Assembly (NCBI GenBank): GCA_043754375.1 | Contig: JAYUVA010000164.1 | Span: 1,945 to 65,944 of the forward strand | Source: Candidatus Kuenenia sp. | Lineage (GTDB): Bacteria > Planctomycetota > Planctomycetia > Planctomycetales > Planctomycetaceae | Direction of reading: 5' to 3' | DNA: 64,000 nucleotides | Shown here: one piece after another, positions 21,687 to 29,072 of the stretch | Numbering within the stretch: the stretch's first letter is position 1 | Layout of the letters: every line of letters starts with the position of its first letter | Made by a program: the position numbers and the translations under genes | Notes under the pieces: generated by a model | What the model saw: the letters and a program-made list of their open reading frames with translations, nothing else | The model's database searches: none | Told to the model about the DNA's origin: nothing

Positions 21687-21890
21687 ATGGATGACAACAT
21701 GGAGGTGGATTTTGAGATGAGGATGCGCGATGAATTGTTTCGGGGCCGGATCGTCGTCGCGGCTGTCTGTGCGTTTATTCTGGGAGCGATCCTGCTAAAC
21801 ACCCCGGGCGTGGATCAAGGGCAGGCGGTTTCTGCGTTCCTGCTGGCCGGAGGTTTATTGTGTATTAGATTTGCGGCTCGGAGAAAGTAG
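21687..21890 (+). CDS. Possible small membrane protein (67 aa)
   Basis: Two hydrophobic segments, IVVAAVCAFILGAILL and AVSAFLLAGGLLCI. No homology was recognised. Confidence 0.3.
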   Translation: MDDNMEVDFEMRMRDELFRGRIVVAAVCAFILGAILLNTPGVDQGQAVSAFLLAGGLLCIRFAARRK

Positions 21891-22031
21891 CTCGAAATTC
21901 AAGAAAAGAGAGTGCGGTCGGGTGGGAGTTGGGAACCTTGGGCTGTCACCGCAGGAGCTGAACCGTGGGAAGAACCGCTCGGTGAAGAACCTTCAGGAGA
22001 CGGCAGGCGGCGAATCTTGTACGAACGATGC

Positions 22032-22079
22032 GAGCGGCTGAGGGATCGTGATGGAAATCACGAGGATCCTCAGCCGCTC
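22032..22079. repeat. Strong imperfect inverted repeat (hairpin)
   Basis: gagcggctgagg (22032-22043) pairs with cctcagccgctc (22068-22079). An inner stem tcgtgat/atcacga (22046-22052 / 22057-22063) closes a ggaa loop. Confidence 0.6.
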
Positions 22080-22345
22080 TTTGCATCGGTACTTCGACGC
22101 GAGACTCGGATATTCCTCAGCAGGTTGCTTCCCAGCATTGCCTGCCTCCGCTTTTCCGAGCGAGGTTGATCGTGCCACAGGTGGCATCGCTACTCAAGAA
22201 GATTGCGGCTTGAAGGTCACGGAGCGTGCAAGTGGCTGAATTCACGGCATCTTTCGCCAATAGTGGGCTCCACCGGTATCAAGCCCCAAGGCGACGCCAC
22301 GCCGGATGCAGAGGTCGCCGCTTAACTGTTGGCGAAAAGATGCCT

Positions 22346-22421
22346 GGGAAAAGGGGTCAGGAACCAATAGCCAAATGGCCCAACGGGTGCTTCGCACTAT
22401 TGGTTCCTGACCCCTTTTCCC
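22346..22421. repeat. REP-like palindromic element (25-bp perfect arms, 26-nt loop)
   Basis: gggaaaaggggtcaggaaccaatag (22346-22370) is the exact reverse complement of 22397-22421. A second, partial copy lies at 63959-64000. Confidence 0.85.
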
Positions 22422-22604
22422 AAGCAAACATTGTTATGCAACATGCGCCCATCGGCTCGCCATAACACTTTCTGTCGACCGTGATCTGCTCGGTGAATGC
22501 ACGCGGTTTTGGCCGCCGTGTGTTGACCGAGAGAAAGGTGATGCGTGAAAGGATGTTCAATTTCATTTGTCTTTACACATTGACAACAGAAAGCGAGGTG
22601 CCGT

Positions 22605-22904
22605 ATGGCAAATCGTCCGGTTCACGAAATTCGACTCGGTAAAGTGAAAGCTGCAATCTGGAAGAACGAGACGGACGCTGGAATTCGTTACAGCGTCTCC
22701 ATCGTTCGGATCTTCAAGACTGATGAAGGCTGGGATTCCAGTCCAACGTTTGGTCGAGATGAATTGCCGCTGGTAGCCAAAGTGGCCGACATGGTTCACA
22801 CATGGATCTATCAGCAGAACGAGCGTGTTGAAAATGCTCCGGAAGAACCTGAGGCGACTCAGAAGAATTCCGGATCTAAACAACAGAAGGCCAGTGCTCG
22901 CTAA
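22605..22904 (+). CDS. Small protein (99 aa), paralogue of 62794-63117; possible ssDNA-binding-type fold (speculative)
   Basis: A GAGGTG Shine-Dalgarno precedes the ATG. It shares PVH-x-(I/V)R-x-G-x-(V/I)-x-A-(A/S)-IW and a C-terminal helix ending in WI with the 107-aa ORF at 62794. Confidence 0.6.
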   Translation: MANRPVHEIRLGKVKAAIWKNETDAGIRYSVSIVRIFKTDEGWDSSPTFGRDELPLVAKVADMVHTWIYQQNERVENAPEEPEATQKNSGSKQQKASAR

Positions 22905-22922
22905 TTGCACCGGCTGACGATT

Positions 22923-22973
22923 GAGAGGTTCTTCTCTTCGGTAACACGCATCACCGACCTCTCTTCATCCTTT
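22923..22973 (+). other. Post-stop inverted repeat GAGAGGT...ACCTCTC (copy A)
   Basis: gagaggt at 22923-22929 pairs with acctctc at 22967-22973. A homologous arrangement lies at 25901-25938 after the stop of the 25203-25874 gene. Confidence 0.5.
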
Positions 22974-23272
22974 GCACGGCGTTCAAATCGCTGCGAGGCA
23001 ATTGCATACGGGTAGACGACGGATTCCCACCGCTTCCGCTGGCGGGCTTGCGACGGTCATGGCGGACACCGCTACGAACATCGTGCATGCTGATTGACTG
23101 CGAGATCGCCCTGAGTGTGCCGCACCACGTGATTCAACACGCTGCGACTCTGCGCTGATTTCTGAGTCAACCATCTGCACAAAACAACGACCGGATTCAG
23201 CAAGCTCTCCAGTGGAGGCCGGTGGCGTGCAATCCATGGTTTTCCAATTGTTTTTCTGTCTGCGGCATTTCT

Positions 23273-23389
23273 CAGCATAACGCGGCGTCAAGGTCCGACG
23301 CTGGCAATACCAGCGTCTGCTGCTTCGGTGTCTCGTGATTACACGAGCCCCCGAAGACTCCACCTTGACGTTCCGCGTTGCCCATGCTG
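23273..23389 (+). promoter_or_regulatory. Branched hairpin element, copy A, upstream of ardC
   Basis: The outer stem is about 22 bp. 23273-23294 pairs with 23362-23389, with two bulges. Its core is cgtcaaggt/accttgacg. Two inner hairpins: gacgctgg/ccagcgtc (23297-23304 / 23310-23317) and cttcgg-ctcgtg-atta-cacgag-ccgaag (23323-23356). Confidence 0.6.
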
Positions 23390-23466
23390 GGCCGCCGACG
23401 GGCCATGATCAAACCGTTTCACGTCGAGTCAGTCGGCTCGACACAACTTGAGAAAGGGAGAACTGT

Positions 23467-24390
23467 ATGAATCGAGATGAAGCAATGAAGAAGAGCGACG
23501 ACGCTCTCAAAGAACTGGCTGAATCGCTGAAGCAGGGCAAAAGTGATGCTCTACTGAGGTATCTGACCATGCTGAGTCGTTTTCACCGGTATTCGTTCGG
23601 GAACTGCATGTTGATTGCATTGCAGAAGCCCGAAGCGAGTCTGGTGGCTGGATTCCATCGGTGGAAAGAACTGCACCGCTGGGTCAAGAAGGATGAGAAA
23701 GGCATCGCCATTCTGGCACCGATGATCGGTCGCCGGAAGAAGGATGCTGACTCAGGCTCAGGAAAGGAGTCCCAGGGCACTGACGACACCAACGACTCGC
23801 AAGGTCGCGTGGTCCGAGGTTTCCGGGTGGCTTATGTCTTCGATGTCGAACAGACGGAAGGCAAGGAGCTGACGGAGTTCGCATCTCTGAATGGTGATCC
23901 CGGTGAGCACATCGCGAAGCTGGAACAGATCATCATCGGACGTGGCATCGAACTTGAATACGTCGATTCGCTGATGCAGGGAGCCAACGGAGCTTCCTTC
24001 GGAGGCAAGGTTCAGATTCGGTCCTCACTGCCTGCACCGCAGAAGTTCTCAACGCTGGTTCACGAACTGGCTCACGAGCTGCTGCACCGTGGTGATCGAC
24101 GAACGAGCACCACCACAACCGTTCGGGAGACCGAAGCAGAATCAGTCGCGTACGTCGTATGCCGATCGATCGGGCTGGAATGCTCGACCAAGGCATCTGA
24201 CTACATCCAGATCTGGGATGGCGATGAGAAAGTGCTGATGCAGTCGCTCGAACTGATTCGCAACGTAGCAACCAGTATCCTCACGGAGCTGGAAGCGAAA
24301 CCTGACGAACAGCCTGAAGATTCGGCAGCAACCGCTGCGTCCGTGTCAATGTCTCACGATGTTGCACAGGAGGTGGCCCATGTTGCATAG
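23467..24390 (+). CDS. ardC: ArdC-like antirestriction protein (ArdC-N/DUF1738-type N-domain + HExxH metallopeptidase-like C-domain)
   Basis: YSFGNCMLIALQ and GFHRWKELHRWVKKDEKGIAIL match the ArdC N-terminal ssDNA-binding domain pattern. HELAHELLH is an HExxH motif. A GGGAG Shine-Dalgarno is present. Confidence 0.8.
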   Translation: MNRDEAMKKSDDALKELAESLKQGKSDALLRYLTMLSRFHRYSFGNCMLIALQKPEASLVAGFHRWKELHRWVKKDEKGIAILAPMIGRRKKDADSGSGKESQGTDDTNDSQGRVVRGFRVAYVFDVEQTEGKELTEFASLNGDPGEHIAKLEQIIIGRGIELEYVDSLMQGANGASFGGKVQIRSSLPAPQKFSTLVHELAHELLHRGDRRTSTTTTVRETEAESVAYVVCRSIGLECSTKASDYIQIWDGDEKVLMQSLELIRNVATSILTELEAKPDEQPEDSAATAASVSMSHDVAQEVAHVA

Positions 24391-24748
24391 CAAACGCATC
24401 TGGAGTCTGGTCGCAGTGGAATCGCCGGAAATGTTGGCCCAAAAGCTGACGCAGGTCACATGGACTTGCTGTTCGGCGATGGAGTTGCAGGGATATCTGT
24501 TCGCCAACGACTCGACATCACCCGACGGGGCTCAGGAGTACGCAATCCTGAAACCGCACGGGAATGGTCGGGAGCTGGTGCAGATTGAGAGCGTCACGTT
24601 TTCGTGGTGCAAAGAAGATCGTGCTCTGGAACTGATCCACCAGATCTGTGCCGGAGAGTTCGATGCCTTTGCCTTCGAACATGGCCGTGTTGCAAGAAGC
24701 CGTTTTCAAACGACTTCGGAACATGGTTTCTGTGGCTTGTGTCGTTAA
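24380..24748 (+). CDS. Hypothetical protein (122 aa)
   Basis: AGGAGG lies 8 nt upstream of the ATG at 24380. It overlaps the ardC stop by 11 nt. Confidence 0.5.
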   Translation: MLHSKRIWSLVAVESPEMLAQKLTQVTWTCCSAMELQGYLFANDSTSPDGAQEYAILKPHGNGRELVQIESVTFSWCKEDRALELIHQICAGEFDAFAFEHGRVARSRFQTTSEHGFCGLCR

Positions 24749-24777
24749 ACGTCTGTGTCTGCAAAAAGGAGAACTGT

Positions 24778-25206
24778 ATGAATCGAGTGTTTCCGAAACC
24801 GGGTGACCTGATCCAGGTCACGCGAAGTGAATGGTACGCATTGAAGGATGGTGAATGGCTGCGAGTTTGTGAAAAGCCCGGCTGGATGAAGGCTGGCGAG
24901 AAAGTCTACGTGGCTCCTCGTCAGCAGGTTCGCACATTCTGGGGGCCGGACAACGGCCCTCCGGATGGCATCAAGCCGGAACGCATGAGTACTTCAGGGG
25001 GACCGTTCAAATCGGTCCCCATTGAGGAACTCGAAGGGCTCGAACACGGTGGCTCAGGTATCGATGTCTTCTGGTGCTGGGTGGATTATCCACGAGCAGG
25101 CGGAGGAATGGAGAGACCGGTGACCGTCGCAATCTGGCGCTGTCAGTTGTTGGTCGATCAACATCACCGGCTTTGTCAGCAGTTTGTGAATGGAGGTGAA
25201 CGATGA
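24778..25206 (+). CDS. Hypothetical protein (142 aa)
   Basis: An internal ATG carries the same 20-nt initiation region as ardC (ggagaactgtatgaatcgag, 24768-24787). Confidence 0.55.
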   Translation: MNRVFPKPGDLIQVTRSEWYALKDGEWLRVCEKPGWMKAGEKVYVAPRQQVRTFWGPDNGPPDGIKPERMSTSGGPFKSVPIEELEGLEHGGSGIDVFWCWVDYPRAGGGMERPVTVAIWRCQLLVDQHHRLCQQFVNGGER

Positions 25207-25874
25207 CGAGTCCGCCACCTTCACCCAATTCTGATAACGCCTCTGCACGACCTGATTCGCCACAAGTGAATCAGGTCGCTGCATTTGATGCCGATCCCAT
25301 CATTCGCCAGATCATCGATCGTGACTGTCACGTCGGGACGAGCAACCGCGAAGTCGTGCGTCATGTGATTTCGAAACTTCGGCATGGATACCGGACGTTT
25401 CGAGAAATGTCGCTGGCCGATCGACAACAATTGATCGACCAGTGCATTCAGCATCACGCATCGAACTTGAAGATGTATCTGGATGTGATGACTGGCTCTT
25501 CGAGTCCTCGGACGAAAAAAGCCAGCACATCACCTCCGCCCGCTTCACTGACTGGCCCGGATGTTGTCCGTCTGATGCGAAAGCACAGAATGACAATTGC
25601 CGGCCTGGCCTTGCGACTCGGTTTCACTCAGAAACGAGTGCGACAAATTCGCAGTGCGGGCATTCAGGATCCGCATGTGATTCGCGACTGGATGGAAGCG
25701 ATCACAGGCGAAGATCCCGGCCCACTTCCCGAGCGTTATCGAGTGAACGGTATCCGTGAAGAAACCGAATGCTGTTTCTGCGGTTACCCATTGTTCAACG
25801 GCGACGAAGCCTGGGAATACGTGAGTGAGGTTTTTTGTTCCATCAGTTGCTGCCGAAAAAGCAAAGGCTGGTAA
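25203..25874 (+). CDS. Hypothetical protein (223 aa) with C-terminal Cys cluster (zinc-ribbon-like)
   Basis: ATGA start/stop overlap with the upstream ORF. The C-terminus reads CCFCGYPLF...FCSISCC. Confidence 0.6.
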   Translation: MTSPPPSPNSDNASARPDSPQVNQVAAFDADPIIRQIIDRDCHVGTSNREVVRHVISKLRHGYRTFREMSLADRQQLIDQCIQHHASNLKMYLDVMTGSSSPRTKKASTSPPPASLTGPDVVRLMRKHRMTIAGLALRLGFTQKRVRQIRSAGIQDPHVIRDWMEAITGEDPGPLPERYRVNGIREETECCFCGYPLFNGDEAWEYVSEVFCSISCCRKSKGW

Positions 25875-25875
25875 G

Positions 25876-25896
25876 GTGAATCATCTGATGATTCAC
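25876..25896 (+). terminator. Perfect 9-bp hairpin immediately after the stop codon (no U-tract)
   Basis: gtgaatcat (25876-25884), loop ctg, atgattcac (25888-25896). It is followed by the GAGAGGT/ACCTCTC repeat at 25901-25938. Confidence 0.4.
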
Positions 25897-26123
25897 AACT
25901 GAGAGGTTCTTTGACATTGCACGCCACCCGGACCTCTCTCTTTGTCTGACGGCGTTTACTGTTCAACAGTCGCTCCGCTGACTGGAACTCGTTCGCCCCC
26001 CGGTTCTCGAGGGCCAGTGATCCAAATCGCCACCATTCATCCGATCCGGACAATGACACCAATCCGCATGGATCAAAGTGAAAGAAAAATCCCCCGTTGC
26101 CCGTTCGCCTCATCATAGCACAA

Positions 26124-26204
26124 CGTCAAGGTCCGCCGCCCATTTCATTCGCTTCCGCGACCAGCGGCTGCTGCTTCGCGAGTACGCGAAGGCTCCACCT
26201 TGAC
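26124..26204 (+). promoter_or_regulatory. Branched hairpin element, copy B, upstream of radC-like gene
   Basis: The outer stem gtcaaggt/accttgac (26125-26132 / 26197-26204) and inner hairpin cttcgcg-agta-cgcgaag (26174-26191) are present. The blocks cgtcaaggtccg, ccagcgNctgctgcttcg and cgaagNctccaccttgac are shared with copy A. Confidence 0.6.
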
Positions 26205-26302
26205 CTGTCGTGCCGGTCGGACTTCGATGCCGACGGCAGGTATCACACATTGTCATTACATGCTGACGCCGACAGCAGAAGACAACTCATGGAGGAAACA
26301 CG

Positions 26303-26770
26303 ATGAAGACCACAACGAGAAGAAAAAGAGAATCAGTCAGCTACGACGACACGTACATCCGCGAGGTACGGGCGACGTATCACATGACGGAAACGCAGCC
26401 GTTCATTATTCAGGGATCGGAACATGTCGCACAGTTTGTCCGCTCGATTCTCACTGACAACAGCCGAGAACACTTCGTCGCCCTGTACCTGGACGGAGCG
26501 AATCAGGTTGTCAGCTATTCCATTATCTCAATCGGCACGGCAAACATGTCCGTGGTCCATCCACGGGAAGTTTTCCAGCGAGCCATTCTTGCCGGAGCCG
26601 TCTCAATTGTCGTCGCCCACAACCATCCATCAGGAATACTTACCCCGAGTCAAGAGGACATCAAGGTGACGCAACGGCTGAAAGACGCGGGAGAAATTCT
26701 GGCTATCAAGCTGCTGGACCACCTGATTGTCAGTGACGTCGCCCATCGTTCGATCATCAATGAATCATGA
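26303..26770 (+). CDS. radC: RadC-like JAB/MPN-domain protein (short mobile-element type)
   Basis: JAMM-type motif VAHNHPSG (HNHPSG at 26618-26635) followed by PSQEDI. A GGAGG Shine-Dalgarno lies 7 nt upstream. Confidence 0.8.
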   Translation: MKTTTRRKRESVSYDDTYIREVRATYHMTETQPFIIQGSEHVAQFVRSILTDNSREHFVALYLDGANQVVSYSIISIGTANMSVVHPREVFQRAILAGAVSIVVAHNHPSGILTPSQEDIKVTQRLKDAGEILAIKLLDHLIVSDVAHRSIINES

Positions 26771-26825
26771 CGCCTACGACACCGTCGCAAGAATCAATGG
26801 GGGAATTCTGCAACTCGACTCCGGC

Positions 26826-27206
26826 TCAGTATTCATCGGGAAGCATAGCCGTTGTTGCAGCCTGGATCGGTGGCTCAATCGTTCGTGTGCCAGCGTCGTA
26901 GATCATGTTAGTGCGAATCGACGATGGTTGCACTGTCAAATTCTTTTTTGGTCCCTGGTCGTAGACCATTCGAAACTCATTCTTGAACTGCTGGCTCAAT
27001 ATGGCTGCGTTGGAAATGAGTTGCTGTCGCAGCGCATTTCGTTCATCAGCTGACAGTCGAAAAGGCAGAGAGGGTACGGCGTTCATGTAACCGTAATCTC
27101 GGATGATGGCTGCGATGTTCATCCCAACTGCATGACCTCGTTCATCACCAAGGTTCACTTCACACCAGTCGGCCACTTCTTCGTACGACGCATCCAAGTT
27201 GTCCAT
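26826..27206 (-). CDS. Hypothetical protein (126 aa)
   Basis: ATG at 27206 has AGGAG 7 nt upstream. The track ORF extends to a GTG at 27275. Confidence 0.45.
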   Translation of the reverse strand: MDNLDASYEEVADWCEVNLGDERGHAVGMNIAAIIRDYGYMNAVPSLPFRLSADERNALRQQLISNAAILSQQFKNEFRMVYDQGPKKNLTVQPSSIRTNMIYDAGTRTIEPPIQAATTAMLPDEY

Positions 27207-27594
27207 CACTGTGCTCCTGATCTTCGGACACTGCAAACGGTGAACTGCCCAGAGTGGCTCATGACACGCCGACACGTTGAATATGCGGTGGTAAGTCTAC
27301 CGATAGTTGGCCACATCCACAATCTTTCGGATTGTGAAACCGATTTCCGAGGCTGGTACCATGTAGTTTGGATTATTGGAGATCAAGAATCTCCCGGATG
27401 ATTTGCCTCCGGACCCCGATCTACGTTTACGCCCGATGCATCTCAAAGCGCATCATCGGAGATTGGTGGAAGTTTGATGGTGATAGCACGGCGAGGCTTG
27501 TGCTCCCGTAGGGCATTCGCGACATTCGACCGTTTCACGTTTCCGATTATCGAGCAATCGGGGTCCTGCAAGGTGACACAGAGGAGCGTCACAG

Positions 27595-27828
27595 ATGGAG
27601 AAACAAGGTTTACTTGCCGCCGTGCGAGACGAGCTCATCTCACGTGCGCGGCGATATTCCAGATCCGAGGCTCCAATATCCTATTCAAAACTCGCTGACA
27701 GATTGGGTATTCCTACCAATTACAATTTCACAAAGACAGCAATTCGCCCACCGCTTTCGAGTTTTTTTGTCAGATCATTACGATCGTCGCATTTTAGACC
27801 TCTGGCTATTTGCGTTGGTCGGTTATAG
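27595..27828 (+). CDS. Possible small HTH-like protein (77 aa) or gene remnant preceding the PLD/helicase cassette
   Basis: A GAGGAG Shine-Dalgarno lies 8 nt upstream. ISYSKLADRLGIP resembles an HTH recognition region. The C-terminal half is low-complexity. It ends 12 nt before the next start. Confidence 0.3.
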   Translation: MEKQGLLAAVRDELISRARRYSRSEAPISYSKLADRLGIPTNYNFTKTAIRPPLSSFFVRSLRSSHFRPLAICVGRL

Positions 27829-27839
27829 GACAGGCTTGT

Positions 27840-29072
27840 ATGCATTCTGAATTCGGCTGGACCCTTCTATCCCGGGATGCACTTCGTCGAGCCGAGACGC
27901 AACTGCGCGAAGATGTTGAAGGCGTTCGCGACGAAATTGGCTTCCTCGCGCTTCATCAGGGATACGCTGACCGTTTCTTTCCCGGCACTTCAGTCCTTCA
28001 TACCCGTTTGCGATACGTGCTATTCGTTCCATGGTTGTACGAAAAGATTGCTCGTCACCGCACCCGCGAAAAAATATCGGACATTCTGCAGAACGAGGAA
28101 CTGGAACTCACACGCCGGCTGATCAACCTCGGGGCCAAACAGGGGGTTATCGGAATTCGCAGTTATCCAAACCCCACTGCACAACCACCGAGCATGATTT
28201 ACTGGTCTGCGATGGCGGCTTGGCGGATTCTCAAACCGCTCGCCAGCGGCTCGGTTCCTTCACGCCAAACTGTGCACCGTGCAATCGCGAAGAAGCATCT
28301 TGGCCATCGGCCAAGCCACCAGTTACACGACGACGACAGACAGCTACTGGTCGAAGAGGAGCCATTATTTGGGGCAATACCTCCAGCGCCCGAGGAATGG
28401 TTCTCTGCAAATCGAGATCTGGACTTCGCACTTCAGCCCACAGAGAAACGCTTTCTTCGCAGTTGCTTTCTAACCGTGTCTCGCCCCGACAGTAACGGAA
28501 CTCCATCACTCCTGGCTCGCCTTGTGGAGCATCAGGTCACGCTGGCTGATCGTGAAACGCTTTGGTCCGCCAAAGTGAAGTCGGCCGCCGATGATGCCGA
28601 CAGAATCGCCTTGACAAGAGCGAGGCAGGTGGCTGCGATTTCGGCAGTCGGACGTGGTGTGTACGCCGCGATGGTTGAAGTGATGCGAGATGCGTACGAC
28701 GGCGTCCAAACAGAAGACACGCATCGCAGCAATCTGGCAGCGGTTTGTGACACATATTCGAAAGAGGCGTTGGCCCTCAACATTGATGAGATAACAATCG
28801 ACGCACCTACAGTGCCCAGCGGCATTCTGGATGTACTTCGGGCAACGCAGGATTGGCTCATGGGAAATCGCAGGGATGTGATGGTGCTGTACGATGTCTA
28901 CGAACGTGCTGAGTCCAGACGGAAAGACCGACGCGCACGACTGACAAAGAGTATCGTCGGACGCGAAAAACGTGCTGAGTGGACACCAGAGGATTCGGCG
29001 TTAGCGGAACCGCTTCACTATCGTTGGCAACAGGTGCGGCAGCTGCTGATGGATCTGCAGGGGGCTGTATGA
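27840..29072 (+). CDS. Cassette gene A: protein of unknown function (about 410 aa; possibly DUF6361-like, from memory)
   Basis: ORF with no catalytic motif recognised. Its stop overlaps the start of the PLD gene (ATGA at 29069-29072). Confidence 0.7.
   Translation: MHSEFGWTLLSRDALRRAETQLREDVEGVRDEIGFLALHQGYADRFFPGTSVLHTRLRYVLFVPWLYEKIARHRTREKISDILQNEELELTRRLINLGAKQGVIGIRSYPNPTAQPPSMIYWSAMAAWRILKPLASGSVPSRQTVHRAIAKKHLGHRPSHQLHDDDRQLLVEEEPLFGAIPPAPEEWFSANRDLDFALQPTEKRFLRSCFLTVSRPDSNGTPSLLARLVEHQVTLADRETLWSAKVKSAADDADRIALTRARQVAAISAVGRGVYAAMVEVMRDAYDGVQTEDTHRSNLAAVCDTYSKEALALNIDEITIDAPTVPSGILDVLRATQDWLMGNRRDVMVLYDVYERAESRRKDRRARLTKSIVGREKRAEWTPEDSALAEPLHYRWQQVRQLLMDLQGAV

Noticed and set aside
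21912-22169. 85-aa plus-strand ORF
   Set aside because: It contains the strong 22032-22079 hairpin and has an implausible composition. More likely non-coding.
22346-22421. The two palindromic elements as attL/attR direct repeats of an integrated element
   Set aside because: The element is itself a palindrome, and the two copies have opposite loop orientation. Such REP-like palindromes are usually dispersed in many copies. From memory, similar ones occur in planctomycete genomes, but this is unverified. The bracketing may be coincidental, and no integrase is in the window.
22983-23363. 126-aa minus-strand ORF, and the 69-aa plus-strand ORF at 26097-26306, within the long intergenic regions
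   Set aside because: They overlap the conserved structured elements. The conservation between the two regions is at nucleotide/structure level, not in a shared reading frame.
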